DNA from: Squalus acanthias
Lineage: Eukaryota
Direction: 5' to 3'
Assembly: GCA_030390025.1 (NCBI GenBank)
Contig: CM059432.1
Span: 62,002,001 to 62,066,000, forward strand
DNA: 64,000 bases
Shown here: one piece after another, positions 39,655 to 52,660 of the stretch
Layout of the letters: every line of letters starts with the position of its first letter
Position numbering within the stretch: position 1 is the first letter of the stretch
Notes under the pieces: model-generated
What the model saw: the letters and a program-made list of their open reading frames with translations, nothing else
What the model was told of the DNA's origin: nothing
Database searches by the model: none
Made by a program: the position numbers and the translations under genes

Positions 39655-40090
39655 ATAAGAAAGACTTGCATTTATACAGCACCTTTCACGACCCCAGAAT
39701 GGCCCAAATTGCTTTACAACCAATTAAGTACTTTTGAAGTGTAGTTACTGTTGTAATGTAGGAAATGCAGTAGCCAAAAATGTGCACAGCAAGCTCCCAC
39801 AAACAGCAATGTGATAATGACCAGATAATCTGTTTTAGTGATGTTGGTTGAGGGGTAAATATTGGCCAGAACAGTGGGGAGAGCTGCCCTGCTCTTCTTC
39901 AGAATAGTTCCATGGGATCTTTTACACCCACCTGAGAGAGCAGATGGAGCCTCAGTTTCACGTCTCATCTGAAAGACGGCACCTCCAACAGTGCAACACT
40001 CCCTCGGTACTGCACTGGAGTGTCAGCCTAGATTTTGTGCTCGAGTCTCTGGAGTGGGCTTGAACCCACAACCTCTGACTCCGAGGTAGA
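39655..40090 (-). mobile_element. DeuSINE (SacSINE1-like)
   Basis: Reverse complement of 61891-62363. Confidence 0.88.
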
Positions 40091-40954
40091 GCGCTGCCAC
40101 GGCTGGCACAGCTCTTCGGCTGTTTTGGAAAACTTTGCTAAATTTCTCAGCTTTGCTACTACTTCTCCCCATCTTCAAAAGGCTTCTCAAAACCTATCTC
40201 TTCGACTATCCCCTCAGTCACCTGCCTAATGGTTCTTCTGCTTGACGTTTCTCCTCTGTGAAGCACCTTGAAATATTTAACAAAAGTCAGGCTGCGATAT
40301 GAATGCAAGTTGTTCACAGTGCTGTCAGTTACAGGGATATTGGGAGATGTCCATGCCCATTCACTACAGGACTCTCAGTACACATAGTAGAATAGGGGAA
40401 TGGTATCTATTGAAATGAGACATTTTCATTATGCACAGTGGAATTGTGCAAAATTTCAATCTGTTTATAGGACAATTAGTTATAATGGGATTGGGGAATG
40501 TCCACGCCCATTACTTTCACTCTGCATAGTAGGTAGGATGTGGGCATGTTCGTGTGGCCACAGAATGATTAAGGTTCTGTGACATGAATCTGTCATTCAT
40601 GACTTATGAAATAATACTGAGTGGCCTGCGGGTGGCGCTGTCCAGGGAGAGTATAAATACTCGGGCACGGGCCCAGCTTGCGCAGGACATTCTTAACCGG
40701 AACTAGATAAGGACACAACTAGATCTCCATGTTGTAAAACAGTTGATTAAAGCTTTGTTTAACGCTTAGACCAAGTGCCTAGTAGTTTTCTTACGTCATT
40801 CTGTTTACACATTTGGGCTGTGGGATGCCCTTCTGTCCTGGAATTATTGTGAGAGTTACAATTTACACAATTAGACGGAAAGATTGTACATGCTCTAAGG
40901 GGTGATTTCAAAGAATCCTGTTTTTGCAGTGTAAGCAGGAGTGGATTGAATCAT

Positions 40955-41260
40955 TGAATCATAGAATGGTTACAGCACAGGAGGCCATTCGGCCCGTCGA
41001 GCCCGTGCCAGGCTCTCTGCAAGAGCACCTCAGCTAGTCCCACTCCCCCGCCCTTTCCCCGTAGCCCTGCAATTTTTTTTCTTTCAGGTACTTTTCCAAC
41101 TCCCTTTTGAAAGCTGTGATTGAATCTGCCTCCACCACCCTTTCAGGCAGTGCATTCCAGATCCTAACCACTCGCTGCGTAAAAAGGTTTTTTTCTTATG
41201 TCGCCTTTGGCTCTTTTGCCAATCACCTTAAATCTGTGTCCTCTGGTTCTCGACCCCTTG
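40955..41260 (-). mobile_element. CR1 3' end
   Basis: gaatcatagaat tail plus RT C-terminus. Confidence 0.85.
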
Positions 41261-41997
41261 GAATGGGGTAGAATACCCACTGCAGTTATTACAGCAGTAT
41301 GAGCTTGGACAATAGGATATCCATTTGAATAAGTTTGTATTATTGCCAGTAAACTGACAAATTTTAAATGTTTTAGACCAAATGCTCATTTATCTGATGT
41401 ATTCAGTTTGGGGCTTGAAGCTTATTAGGGTGGGAAAGTGGAGTTGAGGTCAAAGATCAGCCATGATCTTAGTGAATGGCAGAGCAGGCTCGAGGGGTCG
41501 TATGACTTACTCCTGCTTCTTATGCTCTTCTTGGAGACTGTATAGTGTATTGGGCTAACAAAGTGTACTTTCACCTCTGGAATCTGGGTTTGGATCTAGC
41601 CAAACTAATGGCATGAAACTCTTGTATCTTTCCTGATTGGGCAGTCACAGTCCACTTCCTGGTACTCAGATTCACAGCACCAGTTTGCCTATATGTCACA
41701 AATGCAAGGTTGGGGCAGAGCAGTACACCTCTACTTTCCATCCAGCTCCTGACCTTGGCGTACTTAACGTTAACACATTTTGGTGTTAAAATACAAAATC
41801 ATTGCATTCTCCAGCACTGACAGTCCTCACCATGATGAAGAAAGGAAAAAAGAAAGTTAAACAATTTTTTTTTAAAGTTCATGTTCTGATTCTGTTGCGA
41901 AACATTTACTCTGTGGGGGGAAAAAAACTAAATTGATGCAAATTTAGCATTTCCTGTCAGTTTGTTCCTTAACCCAACATATTTGTATGCTTTTCAG

Positions 41998-42156
41998 CGG
42001 AAAAGGACTACTGGAATGGTCCAGGGATTCTTTTTTTTACATGATGTGGAGGTTGCTTGCAAGAGAACAAGTAGCCTTGCTAAGAAATGTACACCTTCAG
42101 TTGCCAAATCATGGAATCAATGTGGAGAAGGTTTCCAAGAAGTTTCATCAATGGAG
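41998..42156 (+). CDS. SPIDR: SPIDR coding exon 2
   Basis: ttttcag|CGG..GAG|gtaaga; RKR..SVAKSWNQCGEGFQEVS resembles recalled human SLSEAWLRCGEGFQNTS; 159 nt, phase 0-0. Confidence 0.9.
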
Positions 42157-43084
42157 GTAAGATAATGTAATTTATTAGCAATATGAATAGATTGTGAATC
42201 TAAAACTCAAATTATAAATTCATGTGGCATGTGGAGGATGAATAGGAAGTTGCCAGAGATGGAGCACTGAGGTGATTGTACGGGCATGGGTGTAAAAATC
42301 ATTTGAGGAAAATGTAGTGACTGCATTGGGACAAGTAGGAGTAGAGCTTCATGGAGTAAATTAGAGATAGGGTAGGATTGGTTTTAGGATGGGGAGGAGG
42401 CGTCAAAGGCTGCTGAGCAGTTTGTATTGGTGGGGAATTTACACCCTTTGCTTTTTTTCTTTCATCTCGCATATCGGTGGTAACCTTGGAGACCATAAAA
42501 GCAACTAGATTATTTTTTAATTGCGTAGAGTAGTGAAATAAATCAAATCTCACATTGAATAACTTTTCCTTTAATTCCACTCACTTCTTCCAGATTAAAA
42601 GGTATTGTTCGGGAACCTGTGTGAGTCTTAGCTATGTCAGTCTTTAGATAGGAAATTCTGAACACTCTTCTAGGCCTACTCTGGTCCCCTCCCTGACCTC
42701 TTATTTTCCATTACAATGGTGACTGTCTCAGTGCTGCTTTCTGTTCCTGCCCTGATCTTGGGAATTTCATTAATCATGCTTCAAATTTCCATTCATCTTT
42801 ACATAATCTATTTCTCAGTCTCCCCTTCCCTTAATGAGCTTCTCTCCTTCTCTGTCTCTCGGGATGGGTTTTCCACTAACATTTATTACAAGCCCACCGA
42901 CTCCCACAACTATCTGGATCATACTACTTCTTCCCTGCTTCATGTAAGGGTCCCACTCCTTTATCTCAGTTTTTCAGTCTGTCGCATCTGCTCTGATAAT
43001 GTCACCTTCCATACCAGAGCTTCCGAAATGTTTTCCTTTTTCCTCAACCAAGGTTTCCCCTCTGTTTTGATAGACAGGACCCTT

Positions 43085-43400
43085 GTGGGGGTATCTAGAA
43101 CTAGGGGGCATAGTTTCAGAATAAGGGGTCACCCATTTAAGACGGAGATGAGGAGGAATTTTGTCTCTGAGGGTCGTGAATCTTTGGAATTCTCTACCCC
43201 AGAGAGCTGTGGAGGCGGAGTCATTGAATATATTCAAGGCGGAGATTGACAGACATTTGAACTACAAGGGAGTCAAGGGGTATGGGGAGAGAGCGGGAAA
43301 GTGGTGTTGAGGCCAAGATTGGATCAGCCATGATCTTATTGAATGGCGGAGCAGGCTCTAGGGGCCGATTGGCCTACTCCTGCTCCTGTTTCTTATGTTG
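43085..43400 (+). mobile_element. CR1 3' end
   Basis: SRTRGHSFRIRGHPFKTEMRRNF and tttcttatg tail. Confidence 0.88.
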
Positions 43401-43899
43401 AAGGGCCCATCTCATTTCTAATGCTTTTTTTTCTTCCATTGCTCCCTTGCCTGCCACAATAATGATAGGATCTCCCTTGACCTCACCTTCCTTCCAACCA
43501 GCCTCTGCATTTGACAGATCATTACCTGCCATTTCATGATCCCATCACCAAACACATCTTGTTCTTTTTAGCTTCTGAAGAGACTGTTGCTGATATGACA
43601 CTCCCACTAACAGCTTTCCTTGCCCAGGCTTTTTGCAAGCTTAGGGGATACAACATCTGTCTATTCACCTCCTCCCACACCAATGTCCAGGGCCCCAGAC
43701 ACTCATTCCATGTGAGACAGTGATCTACGTGAACTTCCTCCAAACTATTGCACTGGGGAGACCAAATGTAGATTAGGTAACCGCTTTGCTGAACATCTCC
43801 ATTCTGTCTGCAAGTGCGACCCCAAGCTCCGTGTTGCTTACCAATTCCCTGTCCACTCCTACTCTGACTTCTCTGTCTTTACCCATCTATATTCCAATG

Positions 43900-44570
43900 A
43901 AACATAGAAACATAGAAAATAGGTGCAGGAGTAGACCATTCGGTCCTTCGAGCCTGCACCGCCATTTAATGCGTTCATGGCTGAACATGCTACCTCAGTA
44001 CCCCATTCCTGCTTTCTCGCCATACCCCTTGATCCCCCTAGTTGTGAGTATTATATCTAACTCCCTTTTGAATATATTTAGCGAACTGGCCTCAACAACC
44101 TTCTGTGGTAGAGAATTCCACAGATTCGCCACTCTCTGGGTGAAGAAGTTCCTCCTCATCTCAGTCTTAAATGGCTTCCCCTTTATCCTTAGACTGTGAC
44201 CCCTGGTTTTAGTTTTCCCTAACATTGGAAACATTCTGCCCGCATCTAATTTGTCTAAACCAGTCAGGATTTTAAACGTCTCTATAAGATCCCCCCTCAT
44301 TCTTCTGAACTCCAGAGGATACAAGTTCAGTTGATCCAGTCTTTCTTGATATGTCAGTCTGGCCATCCCAGGAATCAATCTAGTGAACCTTCGCTGCACT
44401 CCCTCAATAGCAAGAATGTCCTTCCTCAAGTTAGGAGACCAAAACTGCACACACTACTCCAGGTGTGGCCTCACCAAGGCCCTGTACAACTGTAGCATCA
44501 CCTCCCTACTCCTGTACTCAAATCCCCTTGCTATGAAGGCCATCATGCCATTTGCTTTCTTGACTGCCTG
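43900..44570 (-). mobile_element. CR1 3' fragment
   Basis: ORF 43995-44450 encodes the CR1 RT C-terminus; aaacatagaaacatag tail. Confidence 0.92.
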
Positions 44571-45488
44571 AAGCTCAACACAAGCTTGAAAAATAGCATC
44601 TTATCTTTTGCTAGGTACTTTGCAACCCTCTGAACTTAATACTGACTTTAAGAAGTTAAGACCTCAGATATAGCTCCCACTCTCTCTTCGGCGGGAAATG
44701 CCTGCAATGTGGAATGGGAGTGTCAGTGTTTCAGTGGGAGGGACGGGTTTGTGCTTGGGGCGTGAACCGTCCATCGGAATATTGTGCTCCTGGGGTGGAC
44801 TGCACCCTTGATGTCCACCTGCCTTTTTTTCCTCCCAGGTTTCTGGGCTGCTGGAGTCTGCTCTGTGTTACCAGATTTTCCTGCTTCTATTTCTACCAGC
44901 CTTACTTCCCCCACTGCCTCAATTATTCACACATTTTGTGTATTGTAAATGTCTTTCATTTCCCTGATTATGCCTTCTAATGTTAATATCACTTCATCCA
45001 TTTAACTATATCCTGCTTTCCACTTAAGCATTTTACCGTTGATCTACTTCTATGTTTGTGTGTTTGGTTTTTTTCCTACTTTGCGCTCATTTCCTCCATT
45101 ACAACAGTGACACACTGTTACATAATTGTTCTAGTGGCAATAGTTGGATATTGCCTACAGTATACCAATTATTTTGTATAGATGCAGATACAAAATGAGC
45201 AGGTATCAGACCGTCGATCAGTAAAATCTTTAACCTGTGAATTTCACTCCGGGTAAGAAATTGCTGTTGGATAATACAGCACAATTTTTTTTTTTTTTAA
45301 ATGTGTGTATACAGATTTAAGCATGTTTTAAATACAATTTATTGGATATTAGTGGTGTCCTTGTGAAAAAGAATTAGATCTGGAATTTAATATTTCAAAA
45401 TAACTTTCTTTTTGTTCTACATGCTCCTGTTGTTGAATGCTTTTCAAATGCTGCAGTGTTACTCATCTATAAATATGTTTTTTAACAG

Positions 45489-45558
45489 GGTAACAGGACT
45501 ATGGGAGAAGAGCTAAAAGTAGTCCGCAGCCTTGCATCTGCACTTCATTCTGTTGAAG
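45489..45558 (+). CDS. SPIDR: SPIDR coding exon 3
   Basis: tttaacag|GGT..GAAG|gtagtt; GNRTMGEELKVVRSLASALHSVE; 70 nt, phase 0 to 1, bridging exons 2 and 4. Confidence 0.75.
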
Positions 45559-47371
45559 GTAGTTTACCTCGTATTAAGTGCTTGCTGTTCCCAACATTCT
45601 CCCGTTTTCTCCTGACTTTCATTAGGATATGGTTCCATAGATACAAGCAGCCCTCTGTTACTCACCCGTGGTTGTTTTCGTGAATCTAGACGGCAAGGAT
45701 GGGCATACTACTTGATTGCACAAGGCACTAGGGAGGATCCTGATCCTGTTTTCGGCTCACATTTCAGCAAGAGGCAGTAGATAGCAATTTTTTTGTTTCC
45801 CGCCTCCCTCGCCCAGGGACACTGATCCTAAAGTGCAGCATCACTAATTAAGCTTGGACCAGGAATTGAGCATGAAACCTTCTGGTCTTTATGGCTTGGT
45901 ACTACACCAGAAATTGTCTTTTGACTTGACAATTGGGAGTTAAAAAAAACTATTGCAGTGCCTTTAAATTGTTATAAATTTGTGTTAAAGATTTGGACAC
46001 ATCAGCTCAAATATGTAATTTACAATATTCAATATTTGCTGTGCTTTTAACTGAAGGTTTGAATGTTTTTGTTCATCATCTTTAAGATGGGCCTAAACTT
46101 ACATTCTTGATAAAGGAAAGAATTGTTCCCAGTTGAGAGATACTAGGCACAAGCTAGTCTTTATTTCTGCACTCCCAAAGAAATGTTATCTTTTGCCAAT
46201 TTTTCTCCACTGTTTTCCCTTTCTTCCCAAAGACAAATGACCCCTTGCTTGGGATATGGTTCCACATGTGCCCGTTGCCCTATGGTACATCATCCAAGTA
46301 CGGATACTTCAGGTGTAAGCCTAGACACTTGAGTGTTGGCAAGCTATTTGACTGTTGGAGATGTCACCTTGAAGTCTGATCCTGTGTTGTTCCCCACTAT
46401 CAGACCTTCTGGTTAGTTTTAAAAATGTTGGGTTTTCTTTATTCTTTAGTTCAAGAATTCTGATCTCAAATGCAAAACATTGCAGCACTATTTTCATTAC
46501 AACTTCTTTCCAGTGTGTACAATTTCTTCCAGCACCTTAGGTGGAAAATTAAAAAAAACCTGAACTGTTGCAAACAGGCTAAAGCTACAGAAACAGAAAG
46601 ATAAGAAAGGTACAGCTCAACACAGAAACCAAACTTAAGACTTTCAACCAACTGAGTTGACTGCTTAAAATAAGTTTAACAGTAACATCTGTAGTTCATG
46701 CAACTTCTCTCAACATTTTCTTAAGCCCTGGCATGTAGTAGAGGTTCAGCAACTAGAAAACTGAATCACACCAATCTTGAATCACACTTTACAATGAGGT
46801 CTCTAATGACACAACCACAGGTTGAGGACAGGACAAGGAGTCACTGTGATGTCTCCTACAGTCAAATAGCCATCTATACCCAAGATACTTCACAAAAATT
46901 GTCTTCATCTGGCAAGCTATATACATTAATATCTTTAAACTTGTTCCCCATCCATCAACGGGAATCCTTTTATAAATTTGTTTTCCGATAGACTAAGTCT
47001 TTGACTTTCATTTTGTCACTTAGTGAAGAGAGAGCACCTCCGTTTTGAGCTAGGTCTTTTAAAATCCTCATATGAAATAAAGGTAGAAGTTCCTATTTCT
47101 ATCATAAGACCGTTTCTTTTCAACTACCTTAAGAGTGCCACAATAATGTTCTGGTATTATACTAGTGTATGTCATTTTAAAGAAGGTGATTGTGTAATCA
47201 ACTGAATCTATACAAATAAAATCTAATTAGCATGCTTTATTGATACTTTGAGTTTTAGCATACTGAGCATATCCTTCAAGTTCCATAAATATGGAAGGTG
47301 TAGCATGTGAGTTAATGTTTGTGATCTTGGAGCTCATTCTGTGCTCATTTTCCTTTGAGCATCTCACCTTG

Positions 47372-48068
47372 TTCGTTGAAGGTAAGCATGCAGGTGCAGC
47401 AGGCGGTTAAGAAGGCAAATGGTATGTTGGCCTTCATAGCGAGAGGATTCGAGTACAGGAGCAAGGATGTCTTGCTGCAGTTGTACAAGGCCTTGGTGAG
47501 ACCACACCTTGAGTATTGTGTGCAGTTTTGGTCGCCTTATCTGAGGAAGGATGTTCTTGCCATGGAGGGAGTGCAGCGAAGATTCACCAGACTGATACCT
47601 GGGATGGCAGGAATGACGTATGAAGAGAGATTGGGTCGATTGGGCTTGTATTCGCTAGCGTTTAGAAGAATGAGAGGGGATCTCATTGAAACTTATAAAA
47701 TTCTAACAGGACTAGATAGACTAGATGCAGGAAGGATGTTCCCGATGGCGGGGGAGTCCAGAACCAGGGGTCACAGTCTAAGGATAAGGGGTAAGCCATT
47801 TAGGACAGAGATGAGGAGGAATTTCTTCACCCAGAGAGTGGTGAACCTGTGGAATTCTCTACCACAGAAGGCAGTTGAGGCCAATTCATTAAATATATTC
47901 AAGAAGGAGTTAGATATATTTCTTACGGCTAAAGGGATCAAGGGATATGGGGAGAAAGCAGGGACAGGGTACTGAATTTGGATGATCAGCCATGATCTCA
48001 TTAAATGGTGGAGCAGGCTCGAGGGGCCGAATGGCCTACTCCTGCTCCTATCTTCTATGTTTCTATGT
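47372..48068 (+). mobile_element. Young CR1 family A 3' fragment
   Basis: Open 206-aa ORF almost identical to 26590-27372; ttctatgtttctatg tail. Confidence 0.95.
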
Positions 48069-48147
48069 TCCACAATAGCAAAATACTGTGGATGCTGGAA
48101 ATCTGAAATAACAAAATTTTTTGTTGTTATTTCACATTGTTCACATA

Positions 48148-48335
48148 ACAAAAACAGATTATCTGGTCATTATCACATTGCTGTTTGTGGGAACTTGCTT
48201 GTGTGCAAATTGGCTGCCGTGTTTCCCACATTACAACAGTGACTACACTTGGAAAAAGTACTTCATTGGCTGTAAAGCGCTTTGAGATGTCCGGTGGTCG
48301 TGAAAGGCGTTATATAAATGCTAGTCTTTTTTTTT
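48148..48335 (+). mobile_element. DeuSINE 3' half
   Basis: Matches 62180-62360. Confidence 0.85.
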
Positions 48336-48339
48336 TGTT

Positions 48340-50435
48340 CCACCCCTCTCATCTCATTTAATATCCTAGTTTTCTACTGCCCACCCAAGAACCACGCCAA
48401 GTTTCAACCTGAGATATCTTCACTGTTTTCCTCCCTCAGCCTCTGCACCGAGTGACTTCTCATCTTCGGTGACTTCAACCTCCATCTCAACTCATCGTGT
48501 GCTCTCTCTCCTCTGCATTCACAACCCTCCTGACCTCCCTAAATCTCTCCCTCCATGTAAACTCCCTACCTATATTCACGGCCACCCCCTCGATGTCGCC
48601 ATCTTGTGGCCTCGCTACTCCCATTGTGTCAATCACCGATAAGGCCATTTTTGATCACTTCCTTGTATCCCTCTCCACCCACATCCCCCTGCCCCTCCCA
48701 ATCCCACTTCCTTCTGTGTCCGCCCCTGGTTTAAAAAAAAAGAGCTTAGGGCCTAGGCAGCTGAAGCACGGCCACCAATGGTGGAGCGAATAAACTCGGG
48801 GATGCGTAAGAGGCCTGAATTGGAGGAGCGCAGAGATCTTAAAGGCTTGTAGGGCTGGAGGAGGCACAGAGATGGGGAGCGGCGAGGCCATGGAGGGATT
48901 TGAAAACAACGATGAGAATTTTAAAATTGAGGTGTTGCCAGACTGGGAGCCAATGGAGATCAGTGAGCACAGGGGTAATGGGTGAATGGGACTTGGTGCA
49001 GGTTAGGATACGGGCAGCAGAGTTTTGAATGGACTGAAATTTATGTGGGCTGGAAGATGGGAGGCCGGCCAGGAGAGCATTGGAATAGTCAATAGAGGTA
49101 ACAAAGGCATGGATGAGGGTTTCAGCAGCAGATGAGCTGAGGCAGGGTGGAGTCGAGCACCCCATCTCCTCCCTTTGGACAGCCCCCTGCTCCATGATGC
49201 AGTCACTTACAACGGCACTTTCAGATTCCCAACTTTCTAGCCTTTGGCCCTCTACTCACCAACATTTCTGCATCTGCTCAATCTCACCCTCACCTCCACC
49301 TTTGCCCGTGTCCCAATTAAAACCAATTCATCTCACCCTGGTCATTCCCCCTGGTATGGCCCTCATCTCTGCTCCCTTAAGTCCAAGGGATACAGACTTG
49401 AACGTCTTTGGCAGCCAACTGGTTTAACCGTCGCCTGATCTGGCTGGACCACATAAAGAACTGTCTGGTCCGGCTCTCCTCTGCCTACTTCTCATCTACA
49501 TGCTGTCCCTCAGCGACATCATCCAAAAACATAACGTCAGGTTCCACAAGTACACAGACGACACTCAGCTGGACCTCACCACCCCCTCTCTTGACCACTC
49601 CAGCTAAATATTGGGAAGAACGAAGTGTTGTTTTCGGTCCCCGTTACAAACTCCGTTCCCTAGCCACTGACTCATCCCTCTTTCTGGCAACTGTCCGAGG
49701 CTGAACCAGACAGGTTGCAACTGTGGTGACTTATTTGACTTCGAGATGAGCTTCCGACCACATATCAGCTCCATCACCAAGACTGCCTACTTCCACCTCC
49801 GTAACATCGCCCAACTCCGCCCCTGCCTCAGCTCATCTGCTGCTGACACCCTCATCAATGCCTTTGTTACCTCTAGACTTGACTATTCCAATGCTCTCCT
49901 TACCGGCCTCCCATCTTCCACCCTGGATAAACTTGAGCTCATCGAAAACTCTGCTGCCCATATCCTAACTCGCACCAAGTCCTGTTCATCCATCTCCCCT
50001 GTGCTTGCTGACCTAATTGGCTCTCAGTCTGGCAATGCCTCAATTTGAAAATTCTCGTTCTTGTTTTCAAATCCCTCCATGGCCTCGCCCCTCCCTATCC
50101 CTGTAACCTCCTCCAGCCCTACAAACATTTGAGATTTCTGCGCTCCTCCAATTCTGGCCTCTTGCACATCCTCGAGTTTAATTGCTCCACCATTGGTGGC
50201 TGTGCCTTCAGCTGCCTAAGCCCTAAACTCTGAATTTCCTTCCCTAAACACCTCTACCCCTCTCTCCTCCTTTAAGACACTCTTTAAAACCTACCCCTTT
50301 GTCCAAGCTTTTGGTTAGCTGTCCTAATATCTGTCTATTTGATTCGGTGTCAAATTTTGTTTGATAACGCTCCTGTGAAGTGCCTTGGGACGTTTCACTA
50401 CATTAAAGGTGCTATATAAATGCAAGTTGTTATTG
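48340..50435 (+). mobile_element. Rearranged L2 LINE with an inverted L2 piece at about 48745-49145
   Basis: LIFGDFNLH APE motif near 48460; TAYFHLRNIA..SRLDYSNALL; L2 tail; minus-strand AETLIHAFVTS..HWLPV segment. Confidence 0.85.
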
Positions 50436-51132
50436 TATGGGTCAGTGCCCTTAAAGAGAGATTGATCAAATTAAACAGGCAGAGAATGGGGGTAGCCAAA
50501 AAGGGTGAATGGAGAGTGAAAATAAGATGGAATAGGTTTGAAGAAAAGAAGTAGAGGAGAAACATGGTGAAAAGGCACTGATCAGTGAGAAAGAAAGTGT
50601 GCTGGCTAGCAAGCTGTATGAAAATGGGCTAGGTATGTACAATAGATATTAATAGCACTTAACCAAATAAATTACTATTGTAATTCCTAGTCCTGTGGCA
50701 TAAAGAATAATGCCCAGGAATTCAGATGCTATAATTTGCACCCATCATCTGCTTGGGATTATAGCCTTCATCTTCCCATGGAGTCTTTTTGTAAATTTAA
50801 CAGTAGTTAGAGAGTTGCAATGAGATAGCAATTGTAAAATGATTGCAACATGATATAATCTATATGGAGGATACTGTGGCTGCTGGTTGTGATATAGCAT
50901 ACTGGATACTGGTCATTTGACAGGACTTGTATTACTTTTTATGGGGGATGGGGCAGCGCTTTACCAGCTTTATATATATAATGTGCATTCGCTAAATGAC
51001 ACAGGGAGATCAGGGAAGAGTTGAGTTGAATTTTAATATCTGAACAACTGCACCATGCAATAGAGGCATACATTAAGCACCAGTCTACGGGACCACGGAG
51101 TGGCAGGTTGTGGATTTGTGCCCATGCGTTTA

Positions 51133-52660
51133 CATAAGAACATAAGAAATAGGAGCAGGAGCAGGAGCAGGCCATTCGGCCCCTCGAGCATGCTCCACCA
51201 TTTAATGAGATCATGGCTGGTCCGATTTTGGCCTCAACTCCACGTTCCTGCCCGCTCCCCATAACCCTTGACTCCCCTGTTGCTCAAAAATCTATCTATC
51301 TCAGCCTTGAATATATTCAATGGCTTTCGATAAGGTCCTGCATAAGAGATTAGCGTGTAAAGTTAAGGCACATGGGATTGGGGGCAAGGTATTGACTTGG
51401 ATAGAGAACTGGTTGGCAGACAGAAAGCAAAGAGTTGGAATAAACGGGTCTTTTTCCGAGTGGCAGACAGTGACTAGTGGGGTACCGCAGGGATCGGTCC
51501 TTGGACCCCAGCTATTCACAATATATATTAATGATCTAGACAAGGGAACTAGATGTAATATCTCCAAGTTTGCAGACGACACAAAGCTGGGTGGGCATGT
51601 GTGCTGTGAGGAGGATGCCGAGAAACTCCAGGATGATTTGGACAGGTTGGGTGATTGGGCAGAAGCATGGCAGATGCAATATAACGTGGATAAATGCGAG
51701 GTTATCCACTTTGGTGTCAAAAACAGGAACGCAGATTATTATCTGAATGACAATAGATTGGGAGAAGGGGAAGTGCAACGAGACCTGGGTGTCCTTGTGC
51801 ACCAGTCGCTGAAGGTAAGCATGCAGGTGCAGCAGGCGGTTAAGAAGGCAAATGGTATGTTGGCCTTCGTAGCGAGAGGGTTTGAGTACAGGAACAAGGA
51901 TGTCTTGCTGCAGTTGTACAGGGCCTTGGTGAGACCACATCTTGAGTATTGTGTGCAGTTTTGGTCGCCTTATCTGAGGAAGGAGGTTCTTGCCATGGAA
52001 GGAGTTCAGCGAAGATTCACCAGGCTGGAATGACGTATGAGGAGAGATTGGGTCGATTGGGCTTATACTCGCTGGAGTTTAGAAGAATGAGAGGGGATCT
52101 CATTGAAACTTGTAAAATTCTGAAAGGACTGGACAGACTAGATGCAGGAAGGATGTTCCCGATGGTCGGGGAGTCCAGAACCAGGGGTCACAGTCTAAGG
52201 ATAAGGGGTAAGCCATTTAGGACAGAAATGAGGAGGAATTTCTTCACCCAGAGAGTGGTGAACCTGTGGAATTCTCTACCACAGAAGGCAGTAGAGGCCA
52301 ATTCATTAAATATATTCAAGGAGGAGTTGGATATATTTCTTAAGGCTAAAGGGATCAAGGGATATGGGGAGAAAGCAGGGACAGGGTTCTGAATTTGGAT
52401 GATCAGCCATGATCTCATTGAATGGCGGAGCAGGCTAGAGGGGCCGAATGGCCTACTCCTGCTCCTATCTTCTATGTTTCTATGTTTCAGCTTCCACGGC
52501 TCTCTGGGGCAAAGAATTCCAAAGATTCACGACCCTCTGAGAGAAGAAATTCCTCCTTATCTCTGTCTTAAATGGGCGACCCCTTATTCTAAGACTATGC
52601 CCCCTTGTTCTAGATTCCCTGACGAGGGGAAACATCCTCTCAGCATCTACCCTGTCCAAC
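51133..52660 (-). mobile_element. CR1 3' end split by an opposite-strand CR1 insertion
   Basis: acataagaacataaga tail at 51133; sequence resumes at about 52488 (agcttccacggctctctgggg). Confidence 0.8.
51322..52487 (+). mobile_element. Young CR1 family A, 5'-truncated
   Basis: AFDKV..GVPQGSVLGP..KFADDTKLGG; one small deletion frameshift near 52028; family A tail. Confidence 0.95.

Larger units (their letters stand above)
42590..44665 (+). mobile_element. Decayed Penelope-like element (RT to GIY-YIG) with two nested CR1 fragments
   Basis: TNIYYKPTDSHNYLD, ASEMFSFFLNQGFP, and a GTLQPSELN-like end near 44610-44645. Confidence 0.8.
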
